Below are positions 37,791 through 49,714 of a stretch of DNA of 64,000 nucleotides, piece after piece. Made by a program: the position numbers and the translations under genes. Location of the stretch: positions 8,937,420-9,001,419 of the forward strand of contig NC_057737.1 of the NCBI RefSeq assembly GCF_004010195.1, given 5' to 3'. Within the stretch, counting starts at the first letter, position 1. Every line of letters begins with the position of its first letter. The DNA comes from Chiloscyllium plagiosum (lineage: Eukaryota). Under the pieces are notes generated by a model. It saw only the letters and a program-made list of their open reading frames with translations. It did no database searches and had not been told where the DNA came from.

Positions 37791-38482
37791 CCTCAAGTTC
37801 TCATTTGAATTTCCCAAATTTTAAGTGGGTTTAATGCACTGGAGTGAAAGATCTGATGTCCCGGAATAGCTTTATTTAATAGAGATGTAATTGTTTTATG
37901 TCACACTGGTTGACATCTAGTCATATGGCTGATTATTATATCAGTTTGTTGAGTAGATGTTGGACTCGAGAGATCAGTACTGTTGTGTTTTTATTAAAGC
38001 TATCATATTTTGATGGGAATGATTCAAATCTGTTTTTTTTAACCAAGTTGACATTTGATTTAATGATCTATTTAAATGGAAATAAATTTGTGTCTAATCG
38101 CAAACTTGTGAATTCTGTGCCAATAATTGCTGTCAATGTGCTGACAAACTGCTCACTGACACCTTTGGTACTGTTCAGCACAAATGAATTGATAGGTTAT
38201 TTATATAATTTAACACACGAGCAACTAGGGACGGGAAATAAATGCTCGTTCAGCCAACGATGCCCAGGTCCTCGGAGTAAAATTTTTAAAAATACAATAT
38301 GCAGCATGTAATGCAATTGGGGCTTATTTTAAGAGGCTAAGTGATGGGATACATCTGATTAATGTCCTCCTGTCAATTCTTAGAGATTACTGCCTCTTGC
38401 AACTTTTATTAACATAAACTTACTGTAGCTGTAGTTTGCCTGGGATACAAAAGACAAATATAGCAGAAGGTGGAAATATGAA

Positions 38483-38756
38483 ATTAGATTAGATTCTCTA
38501 CAGTGTAGAAACAGGCCCTTCGACCCAACAAGTCCACACCAACCCTCCGAAGAGCAATCCACCCGGACCCATTCCCATACATTAACCCCTTCACCTAACA
38601 CTATGGGCAATTTAGCATGGCCAATTCACCTAACCTGCACATTTTTGGACTGTGGGAGGAAACTGGAGCACCCGGAGGAAACACACACAGACACAGGGAG
38701 AATGTGCAAGCTCCACACAGATAGTTGCCTGAGGCGGGAATTGAACCTGGGTCTCT
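38483..38756 (-). mobile_element. HE1-like V-SINE, 5' truncated
   Basis: Reverse complement from B box to tail. Confidence 0.85.
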
Positions 38757-38931
38757 GGCCCATTGAAACAGAAAATACCAGATGGCAGCTTCTGAGGAAA
38801 CAGGAGGAAAAATGATGAAAGGGTTTGTTGACAGTGCTTTCAAGCAGCACGTGTTTTGTAATAACCTGCTCATTGACACCCATTTTGGCTTTCGCAAGGG
38901 CCACTCAGCTCCTGACTTCATTACAGCTTTG

Positions 38932-39134
38932 CGAAAGTGAGGACTGCAGATGCTGGAGATTAGAGTCAAGATGAGAGTGGTGCTGGAAAAGCACAGCTGG
39001 TCAGGCAGCATCCAAGGAGCAGGGAAATCTACGTTTTGGGCAAAAGCCCTTCATCAGGCACCTGCCCGAAATGTTGATTTTCCTGCTCCTCTGATGCTGC
39101 CTGACCTGCTGTGCTTTTCCAGCACCACTCTCAT
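38932..39134. mobile_element. Palindromic Penelope-derived short element with 16-bp TSD
   Basis: Inverted arms GTGGTGCTGGAAAAGCACAGC..GGCAGCATC / GATGCTGCC..GCTGTGCTTTTCCAGCACCAC; CTTCATTACAGCTTTG at 38916-38931 and 39135-39150. Confidence 0.8.
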
Positions 39135-40989
39135 CTTCATTACAGCTTTGGCTCATTCTTGGACAAAACAGCTGAATTCCAGAGGATTTGTGATTGGTGC
39201 TGAGCATCCCTGCTTCTGACCTTATGATGGAGGGAAAGTCATTGATGAAGTGGCTAAAGATGGTTTGGCTCAAACACTATCCTGAGGTACTAAGGGTTCT
39301 TGTGTTTCAATAGTAGTGTCTCTACCTCTAGACCAGGAGGCCTGGGTTTAAGTTCCACTTGCTTCAAATGATTCAAATGTGTATTTTTTTTGCCAAGTTA
39401 ACATTTGATTTAATGATCTATTTAAATGGAAATACATTGTGTCTAATTGTAACTTGTGAATTCTGTGCCAATAATTGCTGTCAATGTGCTGACAAACTGC
39501 TCACTGACACCTTTGGTGCTGTAAAGCACAAATGAATTGATAGGTTATTTATATCTAGGGATGGGCAATAAATGCAGAGATGTCTTGGAGCTGAAATGAC
39601 TGACTTCCACCAACTATAACCATATTATTTGTGCTGGGTATGACTCCAACCAGAACAGAGTGTCCCCCCCCCCCCCCCCCCCCCCGACTTCAGTTTGGCT
39701 AGGGTTCCATGTTGCCACACTCAGTCCAGTACCCTGATGTACTTATGTAATGAATGATTTGTCTGGTTACCACACAAAACAATATTTTTCACTGTATCTC
39801 AGTGCACATGACATTAATAATAAGTCAATTCAAAGGGCAGTCATTTTCACCTTGCCTCTGGAGCTCAGCTCATTGAGATAAGGAGCCATGGGCAAAAATT
39901 CTTTTAATTCCATGAAAGGAATTAAAAGAATTACATATTCAGATGGAAAAGCCATTTGGACAGGGATGATATTCCTGGCTGTTGGGCAGATCTTGCCCTT
40001 GAACCTAGCCCTGGCCCGTTCACAGATTAGACCATAAGACATAGAGCAGAAGTTAGGCCATTCAGCCCATCAAGTCTACTCCACCAATCAGTCATGACTG
40101 ATAAGTTTCTCATCCCCATTCTCCTGCTTTCTTCCTGTTACCCTTCATCCCATTGACAATCAAAACATATCTGTCTTAGTCTTAAACATACATAATGACC
40201 TGGCAGCGAATTCCATAGATTCACCACTCTCTGTCTTAAGAAGTTTCTTCTTATCTCTGTTCTAAAAGGACTTCCTTTTACTCTGAGGTCATAGTCTCTC
40301 CTACCAATGGAAACATTTTCCCACTCTGTCCAGGCCATTCAGTATTCTAACTCTGGCTATTGGACCCTCCACCTTCCACCAACACTTTTCTGGGCTCTGA
40401 TATTGGACTTGAAATATCAACTGTTTCTCTTTCCCAGGTGTTGCAAGGTCTGCTGAGTTTCTCCAGCACTTTCTGTATTTCTGTATTCATATTATGTATA
40501 ACACAGATACTTATATTACATACAGAGTCATAGAGATGTACAGCACAGAAACAGATCCTTTGGTCCAACTCACCCATGCCGACCAGATATCCTAAATTAA
40601 TCTAATCCCGTTTCCCAGCACTTGGTCCATATCCCTCTAAACCCTTCCTATTCATATACCCATAAAGATGCCTTTTAAATGTTGCAATTGTACCAGCCTC
40701 CACCACTTCCTCTGGCAGCTCATTCCACACACAACCACCCTCTGTGTGAAAAAGTTTTATATCTTTTATATCTTTCCCCTCTCACCTTGAACCTGTGCCC
40801 TCCAGTTCTGGACTCCCCCACCCCAGGGAAAAGACTTTGCCTATTTACACTATCCATGCCCCTCATGATTTTATAAACTACATTAAATATATACCACTAG
40901 TCTGTGTTTACACCTATAGTATGAGATGAGATGAGTATACATGAGATGTGAGTGTAGTACAGTGCCCTGTGGGGTCCCCTGGAGCAGGC

Positions 40990-41180
40990 AGCCAGCCCCG
41001 CCCCCTCGCCTGCCTGTCAGTCACACTAGGGGCGGGGCCTCTCTGATCGATGTGCGCGCGCTGGATGGATCACCCGTGGCTCGGGTTTGATTGGTGGGAC
41101 TGGAGGACTGTGGACTGTTTCCGGTTGAGGGTTCAGGAGGCGGCGCGGGGCTGAGGGTCTCTCTGTGAGGGTCTGTGTCC
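40990..41180 (+). promoter_or_regulatory. MRPS23 CpG promoter with GC boxes and CCAAT
   Basis: GCCCCGCCCC 40995-41004, GGGGCGGGGC 41029-41038, GATTGG about 41089, CpG-rich. Confidence 0.7.
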
Positions 41181-41182
41181 CG

Positions 41183-41226
41183 ATGGCGGGGAGCCGGCTG
41201 GAGAAATGCGGCACCATCTTCACCAG
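41183..41226 (+). CDS. MRPS23: Mitochondrial ribosomal protein S23, coding exon 1
   Basis: MAGSRLEKCGTIFTR (human MAGSRLETVGSIFSR); 44 nt; GTGATG donor; CpG-rich context. Confidence 0.95.
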
Positions 41227-41314
41227 GTGATGGGAGGGTTATTATAGACTCGGACCGCGTGTTAATGGGAATTCACCCTCCACACCCTCCCCCTACCCCA
41301 CACCCTCCCCCCAC

Positions 41315-42077
41315 NNNNNNNNNNNNNNNNNNNNNNNNNNNNNNNNNNNNNNNNNNNNNNNNNNNNNNNNNNNNNNNNNNNNNNNNNNNNNNNNNNNNNN
41401 NNNNNNNNNNNNNNNNNNNNNNNNNNNNNNNNNNNNNNNNNNNNNNNNNNNNNNNNNNNNNNNNNNNNNNNNNNNNNNNNNNNNNNNNNNNNNNNNNNNN
41501 NNNNNNNNNNNNNNNNNNNNNNNNNNNNNNNNNNNNNNNNNNNNNNNNNNNNNNNNNNNNNNNNNNNNNNNNNNNNNNNNNNNNNNNNNNNNNNNNNNNN
41601 NNNNNNNNNNNNNNNNNNNNNNNNNNNNNNNNNNNNNNNNNNNNNNNNNNNNNNNNNNNNNNNNNNNNNNNNNNNNNNNNNNNNNNNNNNNNNNNNNNNN
41701 NNNNNNNNNNNNNNNNNNNNNNNNNNNNNNNNNNNNNNNNNNNNNNNNNNNNNNNNNNNNNNNNNNNNNNNNNNNNNNNNNNNNNNNNNNNNNNNNNNNN
41801 NNNNNNNNNNNNNNNNNNNNNNNNNNNNNNNNNNNNNNNNNNNNNNNNNNNNNNNNNNNNNNNNNNNNNNNNNNNNNNNNNNNNNNNNNNNNNNNNNNNN
41901 NNNNNNNNNNNNNNNNNNNNNNNNNNNNNNNNNNNNNNNNNNNNNNNNNNNNNNNNNNNNNNNNNNNNNNNNNNNNNNNNNNNNNNNNNNNNNNNNNNNN
42001 NNNNNNNNNNNNNNNNNNNNNNNNNNNNNNNNNNNNNNNNNNNNNNNNNNNNNNNNNNNNNNNNNNNNNNNNNNNNN
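41315..42077. other. Assembly gap (763 N) in MRPS23 intron 1
   Basis: Run of N flanked by C-run-rich sequence. Confidence 1.
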
Positions 42078-42209
42078 CCTCTCCCCCCCACTCACCTCTC
42101 CCCCTCCTCTTTGTAGTTTCTGGCAAATCCAGCCTTTTCGTTCAGCTAGGTTTGTTGTAAATAAAGGTGAGGAAATCCACCAACCCGTTGCCTTTGTTTT
42201 AAACTGTAG

Positions 42210-42386
42210 GGTGCGGGACTTGTTGCGAGCTGGTGTCATGAAGGAGTCAGAGAAACCTTGCTGGTACGATGTTTGCGCTGCTTTCCCTCCAAAGTATGAG
42301 CCAGTCTACGCGCAACCGAAGGAGAGATTTGGTAAAGTGCAGGACCCGGTTCAGGAGATTTTCTACCAGGAGGACACGATTCGAGC
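42210..42386 (+). CDS. MRPS23: MRPS23 exon 2
   Basis: ctgtag acceptor; [59 protein letters not shown]; 177 nt; GTACGT donor. Confidence 0.95.
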
Positions 42387-43277
42387 GTACGTTCTGCTTG
42401 CATTTTGTTTAACAGCTGATGGTGTTGCAGGTGTTTAAAATGCCAGAAACACTGTGCCCGTCAGGATTCAGCATTGCAGAAAGAAGCTGTAAATGTTTTG
42501 GTCTGTGGTTTTTTTTGTCTGAACCAGAAAAGATTAGAGCTGTAATAAGTTTAATTGAACAATGAGGCAGGGAAAAGCTCAGGCAGGAGATACAGAACAG
42601 AAAGCACTATGTGATGGAGTAGAAGATAAAAGTGATCAAGTGATCAAAGGGATGGTAGTAGCAGGAGGTCTTTCAGGTGCTGACCATCCAACACCTACAT
42701 GGACTGACAGATTGTGAAACTGAATTCACTAATTTGGTATTTGGGGCTGATACCTAAAGTGACGACATAATCCATTGGTTTTCTGCAAAAATAAAAGGTG
42801 AAAGGAGATGGTATTAGGCCAAATAAAGGATCTAACGATGGGGCTGAGAGAAGCCATGCTTGGTGACAGCTGAGCCATTTCCAGCATCTCAGTTCTGCTT
42901 TCACCTTCTCTCATTTTACTTGGGGTTGCTGGTTGATCACTGTTCTCCGCTTCCCACTGTCAATTACTCATTTCTCATCCAATCCAGCTGCATTAATGTA
43001 ATTGCCGGCACATCCTTCCATCTATTTTTGGTCATCCTCCTCCCCTTCAGTCTCTCACTGTCTCACTCTCTCTGACACCATTCAATCTCCACCTTGGTAT
43101 TTCAGTGCTCCCGAAGTACAATGTAATGATGCTGGGTTAGAATACCACCCTACTGTACTGAGACCATAAGCAATAGGAACGGGAGTAGGCCATTCAGCCC
43201 CTTGAGCCTGCTCCCCAGTTCTTCCCCATAACCCTTCATTCCCCAATGGATCATTAGTCTATTTATCTCATTTATTT

Positions 43278-43588
43278 GGTGGCACGGTGGTTCAGTGGTT
43301 GGCACTGCTGCCTCACAGCGCCAGGGACCCAGGTTTGATTCCCACCTCGAGTGACTGTCTGTGTGGAGTTTGCACCATCTCCTGGTGTCTGTGTGTGTTT
43401 CCTCCTGCAGTCCAAAGTTATGCAGGTCAGGGTGAATTGGCTATGCTAAATGGCCCATAGAGTTGGGTGCATTAGTCAGGGGTAAAGTATAGGGTAGGGG
43501 AATGGGTCAGGGTGGGTTACTCTTCAGAGGGTCGGTGTGGACTTGTTGGGCCAAAGGGCCTGTTTCCACACTGTAGGGAATCTAATCT
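43278..43588 (+). mobile_element. HE1-like V-SINE
   Basis: Full consensus. Confidence 0.9.
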
Positions 43589-43654
43589 CAGCCTGAAATA
43601 TACATAAGGTCTCTGCCTCCACAGCTCTCTGTGGCAAGGAATTCCAAAGGGTCG

Positions 43655-44255
43655 GTGCATTGAGTATAGGAGTTGGGATGTCGTGTTGTGGCTGTACAGG
43701 ACATTGTTTGGACTACTTTTTGAATCTGCATTCAGTTCTGGTCTCCTTCCTATCGGGAAGATGTTGTGAAACTTGAAAGGGCTCAGAAAAGACTTACAAG
43801 GATGTTGCCAGGATTGGAGGGTTTGAGCTATCGGGAGAGGCTGAACAGGCTGGGGCTGTTTTCCCTGGAGCGTCGGAGGCTGAGGGGCGACCTTATAGAG
43901 GTTTACAAAATCATGAGGGGCATGGATAGGATAAACAGACAAGGTCTTTTCCCCAAGGTCGGGAGTCCAGAACTAGAGGGCATCGGTTTAAGGTGAGAGG
44001 GGAAAGATTTAAAAGGGAGACCTAAGAGGTAACATTTTCACGCAGAGGGTAGTGTGTGTATGGAACGAGCTGCCAGAGTAAGTGGTGGAGGCTTGTGCAA
44101 TTATAGCATTTCAAAGGCACCTGGATGGGTATGTGAATAGGAAGGGTTTGGAGGGATATGGGCGAAATGCTGGCAGGTGGGACTAGATTAATTTAGGATA
44201 TCTGGTCAGCATGGACGGGTTGGACCAAAGGGTCTGTTTCTGTTCTGTACATCTG
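43655..44255 (+). mobile_element. CR1-type LINE 3' fragment
   Basis: KLERAQKRLTRMLPGLEGLSYRERLNRLGLFSLERRRLRGDLIEVYKI. Confidence 0.9.
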
Positions 44256-46363
44256 AGTCTGTCCTCTTTGGGAAGAAACTCTTCCTCATCTCGGTGTTAA
44301 ATTTCCACCCTTCATTGTGCCCTTTTGGTCCTACATGCTCCCATTTATTTCTAACTAGAGCTTATGTTTCCATACCAAACTCCTACCTCTCCCACAACTG
44401 ATCCCAGATACTTAAATGTGCTCACTTCCTCCAGGTTGTCTTCAGTAATATTTACCCTGTCTCTCTGCCGATGGTAGGCTCCAGCTGACAGTCCATGTTG
44501 TGAATCTTTGGAGTCCTGCCTTTCTCCCGTGTGTTCACCGTCCCCAGCACATAGCTCAATGTCATCTACACGTGATGTTGACCATGGCCCCTCCATTCCC
44601 GGCAGCTGCTAACTGCAGATACGGGAGCAGTGGTCTTGACTATAAGAGACAAGTTAAACAACGGTTGCTCCCTGAAGGAAGCAACCAACATCTGAGAGGA
44701 GTGCAGATAAAGATAAGTCCAGCTTAGTTCACCAGTGCAAACAGAGGGGAAAAAAAATCTCTAATCACATTGTATAGCTGGATCCGGTTTAATAAAGTTT
44801 AGCTGTGCTCTCATCAACCCAATATGTTCAGAGTGTTAATCTTTCTGATTCCCATGAAAGTTCCAAAGTGTTCTTTAATCACCAACTGATCTGGCAGGGC
44901 CAGGGTCTGCAGAACAGGGGAAGCTGAAAAGAAAAGTAACTGATTTGTAAAGAAATGGAGGCGTTTAAATAGTGTGTGAGGATGACCCTGTTCCCCTGGG
45001 TTGAGGAGTCCATTACAGGGGTTTAGATTTATAACAGGAGGGAAAGGGTTTGTGGGGAAGTGTCTTCGCCCAAAGCAAAGTGGAAGGAAGGTGGGTTTTG
45101 GCCTACTGTCTGAATGTGTGGTAGAAGTGAAAATTCTCATCATATTTAAGAAATATTTGGCTGTATATTGCAAAATACTGCAATTTAAAAGGCTATAGAC
45201 TTGAGGTGGAATGTGGGATTAGACTGGACAGCTGTTTATTGGTCAGCACAGACACCAAACCACCTCCTTCCTTCCTTTAAATTTCTACAAGTCTGCACTT
45301 TCACTGAAGGTTCTCCCCCAGCAGATGGTCTAAGAACACGCTGTGGCTGTGGGCGTGTTCAGATCTGTGTTCCTTTCTGCCCCAGCTCCCCTCAGAAAAG
45401 GCAGTCTTCAGTATCTCCCTGTCCCTGAGGCTGGGATATAGGGCGATCACAGCAGAGCAGGGGGGAAGATCAAAACTACGGTAATGGCTGAAGCAAACAC
45501 CTTGCTGCACAAGGTCCCTCTGAAAACTGGGAGTTGGCTGGAGCCAAGCACTACAAAAACAACTTGTAATTGTATAGCACCTTTTCATTAATAAAACATC
45601 TCAAAGCACTTCACAGAAACATTCTAAAACAAAGCATGGCACCGAGCTGCTTGAGAGTACTGGTCAGATGACCAAAAAGCTTACTCAGGGAGTGAGGCTT
45701 TAAGAAAGAGGCAGAGAGGTGTAGGGAGGGGAGTGCAAAGCTGTTAGCCCAGGCACAAACCGAAGCTGTGGTCACAATTGGGAAGGGCAATTAAAATTGG
45801 AGCTTCTGAAGAGGCCAGAGTTCAAGGAGCACAGAGATCCTGGAGATGCTTCCTTGGGCTGAAGGAGATTGCAGAGATGAGGAGATGAAAGACCAGGGAG
45901 GAATTTGAAAATATTAGAATCCCAAATTAAATATTAGAACTAAAGATGCTGCTTCACCGGGATCCTTTGTAGGTCAGTGACCGCAGGGTAATAAATAAAA
46001 GGCATTTGCTGCAAGTTAAGACAAAGGTAGCAGATTTTTGGATGACTTCCAAGTTTCTGGGCAATGGAATGTGTGCAAGATCAGCCAGGAATACACAATG
46101 GTTGTCAGGTCCAGAAATATCCAAGGTACGAGTGAGGGCTTCTAAAAGCTGACAAGTCAAGAGGGAGTGAAATCGAATGATGTTACTGAAGTGAACCTCG
46201 CTGGTTTTCCTGATGGTGCAAGTCTGGGTTTGTGCAAATGTCATGATGTAAAACCAGGTCGTCCTCGGTCTCATTGAATGATGGACAAGGTTTGAGGGGC
46301 TGAATGCCCTCTTCCTACTATTTGATACACATAAACTTGCTTCATTCTGCATTTTAATTGCAG

Positions 46364-46441
46364 GAAATTCTATGAGGTGTATGGGAATGGCCCAAGACCA
46401 TTTGACCTCACACGATCCAATTTTGTTTCCACTTGTCAAAG
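46364..46441 (+). CDS. MRPS23: MRPS23 exon 3
   Basis: ttgcag acceptor; KFYEVYGNGPRPFDLTRSNFVSTCQR; 78 nt; GTAAGG donor. Confidence 0.95.
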
Positions 46442-47255
46442 GTAAGGAAGATCCTTATTTGTATTCCTAGCTTTCTCCTTGGCCCAGACCCAGCAGTTAA
46501 TTATTGTCATTTATTAATTGGATGTGGGCATTTATTACCCATCCCTAATTGCCCTTGGTGACTTGCTGCAATCCATACCATATAGGGGGATGCACTATGC
46601 TGTAAGGATGACATAATGGAACAGTAATATATTTCCGAGTCAGGCAGCATCTGAGGAGCAGGAGAATCGACGTTTCGAGCATAAGTCCTTTGTCAGGAGT
46701 GAGGCTTGTGGGCCGGGGGGGGCTGAGAGATAAATGGGAGGGGCTACCTTCCCCCCCCAGCCCCACCCCCCCCATTTATCTCTCAGCCCACCCCTAGATT
46801 ACTCTAGTCAAGGCTGTTTCTGATCCCCTGAATCTTTAAAAATAAAACTAGTTACCAAATTAACTGAGTCCAGCTACATAAATAACTCAATAAGTTCAGT
46901 GCCCCAACCATTTGCCCATTGGGTAGTTTAAAATAAATTTGAGGATGTAGTGGGGTGGGGGTTGCTTTTCATTTGCAGGTATAATCGGATAGTGTTAACT
47001 GGAAGACCTATTTTGTACATCTGACTTCTAGTGCTGCTGATTGTAGACTGTGCAGGCATGGGATTATTACATTGCATTCTGTGTCAGGATTGTAATGATT
47101 GTGAGTAGTTATAGTTACACCTTTTTGTTCTGTTATTACACACTCCTGCAGAAGGTGGGACTTGACCCCAGGCCTAGCACTGTGCTGCAAGAGCCGGCTC
47201 CTAGCACACCTGTACTGAAGCCCTTACTGTTTTTCCGATATTTTCCCCCACTTAA

Positions 47256-48447
47256 GAGTCATAGAGATGTGCAGCACGGAAACAGACCCTTCGGTCCAAC
47301 TTGTCCATGCCAACCAGATATCCCAACCCAATCTAGTCTTACCTGCCAGCACACGGCCCATATCCCTCCAAATCCTTCCTATTCATATACCCATCCAGAT
47401 GCCTCTTAAATGTACCTGCCTCCTCCACTCCCTCTGGCAGCTCATTTCATACACGTATCACCCTCTTTGTGGAAAAGTTGCCCCTTAGGTCTCTATTATA
47501 TCTATCCCCTCTCACCCGAAACCTATGGCCTCTAGTTCTGGACTCCCCCCACCCCAGGGAAAAGACCTTGTCTATTTACCCTATCCATGCCCTTCATGAT
47601 TTTATAAACCTCTATAAGGTCACTCAGCCTCCGACGCTCCAGGGAAAACAGCCCCAGCCTATTTAGCCTCTCCCTGTAGCTCGAATCCTCTAACCCTGGC
47701 AACATCCTTGTAAATCTTTTCTGACCCCTTTCAAGTTTCGCAACATCTTTCCAATAGGAAGGAGACCAGACTTGCACGCAATATTCCAACAGTGGCCTAG
47801 CCAATGTCCAACATGACCTCCCAACTCTTGTACTCAATACTCTGACCAATAAAGGAAAGTATACCAAACGCCTTCTTCCTAACTACCTGTGACTCCACTT
47901 TCAAGGAGCTATGAACCTGCACTCCAAGGTCTCTTTGTTCAACAATTACCAATAAGTGTATAAGTCCTGCCAAGGTTTGCTTTCCCAAAATGCAGCACTT
48001 CGCATTTATCTAAATTAAATTCCATCTGCCACTCCTCAGCCCATTGACTCATCTGATCAAGATCTCGTTGTAATCTGAAGTAACCCTCTTTGCTGTCCAC
48101 TAACCTCCAATTTTGGTGTCATTTGCAAACTTACTATATTTACCTCTTATGCTCTCATCCAAATCATTTATGTAAATGACGAAAAGCAGTGGACTCCGCA
48201 CTGATCCTTGTGGCACTCCACTGGTCACAGGCCTCCAGTCTGAAAAACAACCCTCCACCACCACCCTCTGTCTTCTACCTTTGAGCCAGTTATGTATCCA
48301 AATGGCTTGTTCTCTCTATATTCTGTGAGATCTAACCTTGCTAATCAGTCTCCCATGGGGAACCTGTTGAGCGCCTTACTGAAGTCCATATAGATCATGT
48401 TCACTGCTCTGCCCTCATCAATCCTTTTCATTACTACTTCAAAAAAT
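47256..48447 (-). mobile_element. CR1-type LINE 3' fragment (about 1.2 kb)
   Basis: LARPLLEYCVQVWSP..RLGLFSLERRRL plus degenerate upstream RT sequence. Confidence 0.9.
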
Positions 48448-48489
48448 CACACGTATAGTGAAACCAAACAAAAGACACTGTTGTGAATA

Positions 48490-49105
48490 GACTTTATTAC
48501 ACAATTGAATATTTACACATACAGCCTGTTCAGGGCAAAGCTAACATCAAAAAAATGAAGGGGGGGTTTAGGTAAGGAGAGAGCGAGGGGAGTCGGGTGG
48601 GGGGGGAAATAAAGCACTGAATCTCCTGCAGTGCCAATCTCTCTCAAGGCATCGAGAGCACTGATGGACACTGCCTGCTCCCTCTGCAGTGACATCCAGG
48701 CTCGAACGTGACCACAGAAGAGGAGCAGGCAGTCGTCAGAGATGACCCCCTCCACCACCCACTGCCTGGACCTATTTATAGCCAAACTGGCCGGGCCAAC
48801 GAGATTCTCCGACCTGCCTGCGCCCCTCGGCACCGGGTGTCCTAAGACCAGGAGCATGGGCTAAGGTGCAACCAAAAGCACGACAAAAGGTTTCTCTCAT
48901 AACTGACAAGTGAATGCAAACGCCCACAGCCAATATGCATATGGTCCACGGGCACCACAGTACCACAAAACAAACGGTCAGGCTGGGAGCCTATGAACCG
49001 CTGCAATCTGTGGTTAAGGGACTGCTGTATGCAACACCCTCCACCCCAGATCCCCGATGGGAAGGAGGAAGACTCTGGTGTAGACACTCCCCCACCCCAG
49101 CAGCA
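48490..49105 (-). mobile_element. Tx1-like LINE 3' fragment
   Basis: Degenerate LHQSLP, LFCGTVVPVDHMHIGCGRL, LAINRSRQ; minus-strand AATAAA at the 3' end. Confidence 0.6.
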
Positions 49106-49484
49106 AATAAGTGTGCCAAGGTATGTGTAGTTACGCTTCTTAAAGGAACATATACATGGTATTGCAACACAAGAATTAAGAGTGGGACTAATGGATTACT
49201 CTTCAAAAGAGCCATCACAGAGCTGATGGGCTGAATGGTTGTCTCCTGTGCTGCCCTGGTCTTTGTTACTGCACTTGTCTCCTGGACCAGCTCCCAAGTC
49301 AGCTGACCACGTTCATCCTCTCTTTGTCACATTTGTAAAGCCCTAGTTTATTAACATTTTCAGCTTTCTGGTAATTTATAAACTATCTTCACCCACAACT
49401 GAAATATCAAACTTGGTTTCCAAAAAGGTGTTCAGCCATTTCCAATCTAGGTAAATTCTGCCTGAACCCGGGATCAGCTGCACA

Positions 49485-49520
49485 AATCCTGATGAAGGGC
49501 TTATGCCTGAAACGTCGATT
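49485..49520 (+). ncRNA. Minimal hammerhead ribozyme motif, sense in MRPS23 intron 3
   Basis: AAUC-CUGAUGA-A-GGGC-UUAU-GCCU-GAAA-CG-UC-GAUU. Confidence 0.6.
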
Positions 49521-49612
49521 CTCCTGCTCCTCGGATGCTGCCTGACCGGCTGTGCTTTTCCAGCCCCACACTCTCGACTCTGATCTCCAGCATCTGCAGT
49601 CTTCACTTTCTC
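49486..49612 (+). mobile_element. Single-arm Penelope-derived short element starting at the hammerhead
   Basis: Runs from CCTGATGAAGGGC to CTTCACTTTCTC; TSD TCAGCTGYACAA at 49474-49485 and 49613-49624. Confidence 0.75.
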
Positions 49613-49714
49613 TCAGCTGTACAAGTGTCCCAGGGTATTTTTTCCCTTCTGTTTTTGTTGGATCCCTGCCTGAGGTCGGGAGCTCCACACCCTGTCTGAC
49701 CTTCTCTCTCCTAG

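Larger units (their letters stand above)
38018..39575. repeat. Dispersed duplication of a roughly 200-bp non-TE-looking block
   Basis: 38018-38245 is similar to 39367-39575, with long identical runs. Confidence 0.85.

Noticed and set aside
41175-42239. Long ORFs of 272-325 aa
   Set aside because: Artefacts of translating the N-gap.
44351-44596. ORF containing LEEVSTFKYLGS
   Set aside because: Likely a very old LINE RT remnant rather than a host exon; too short to classify.
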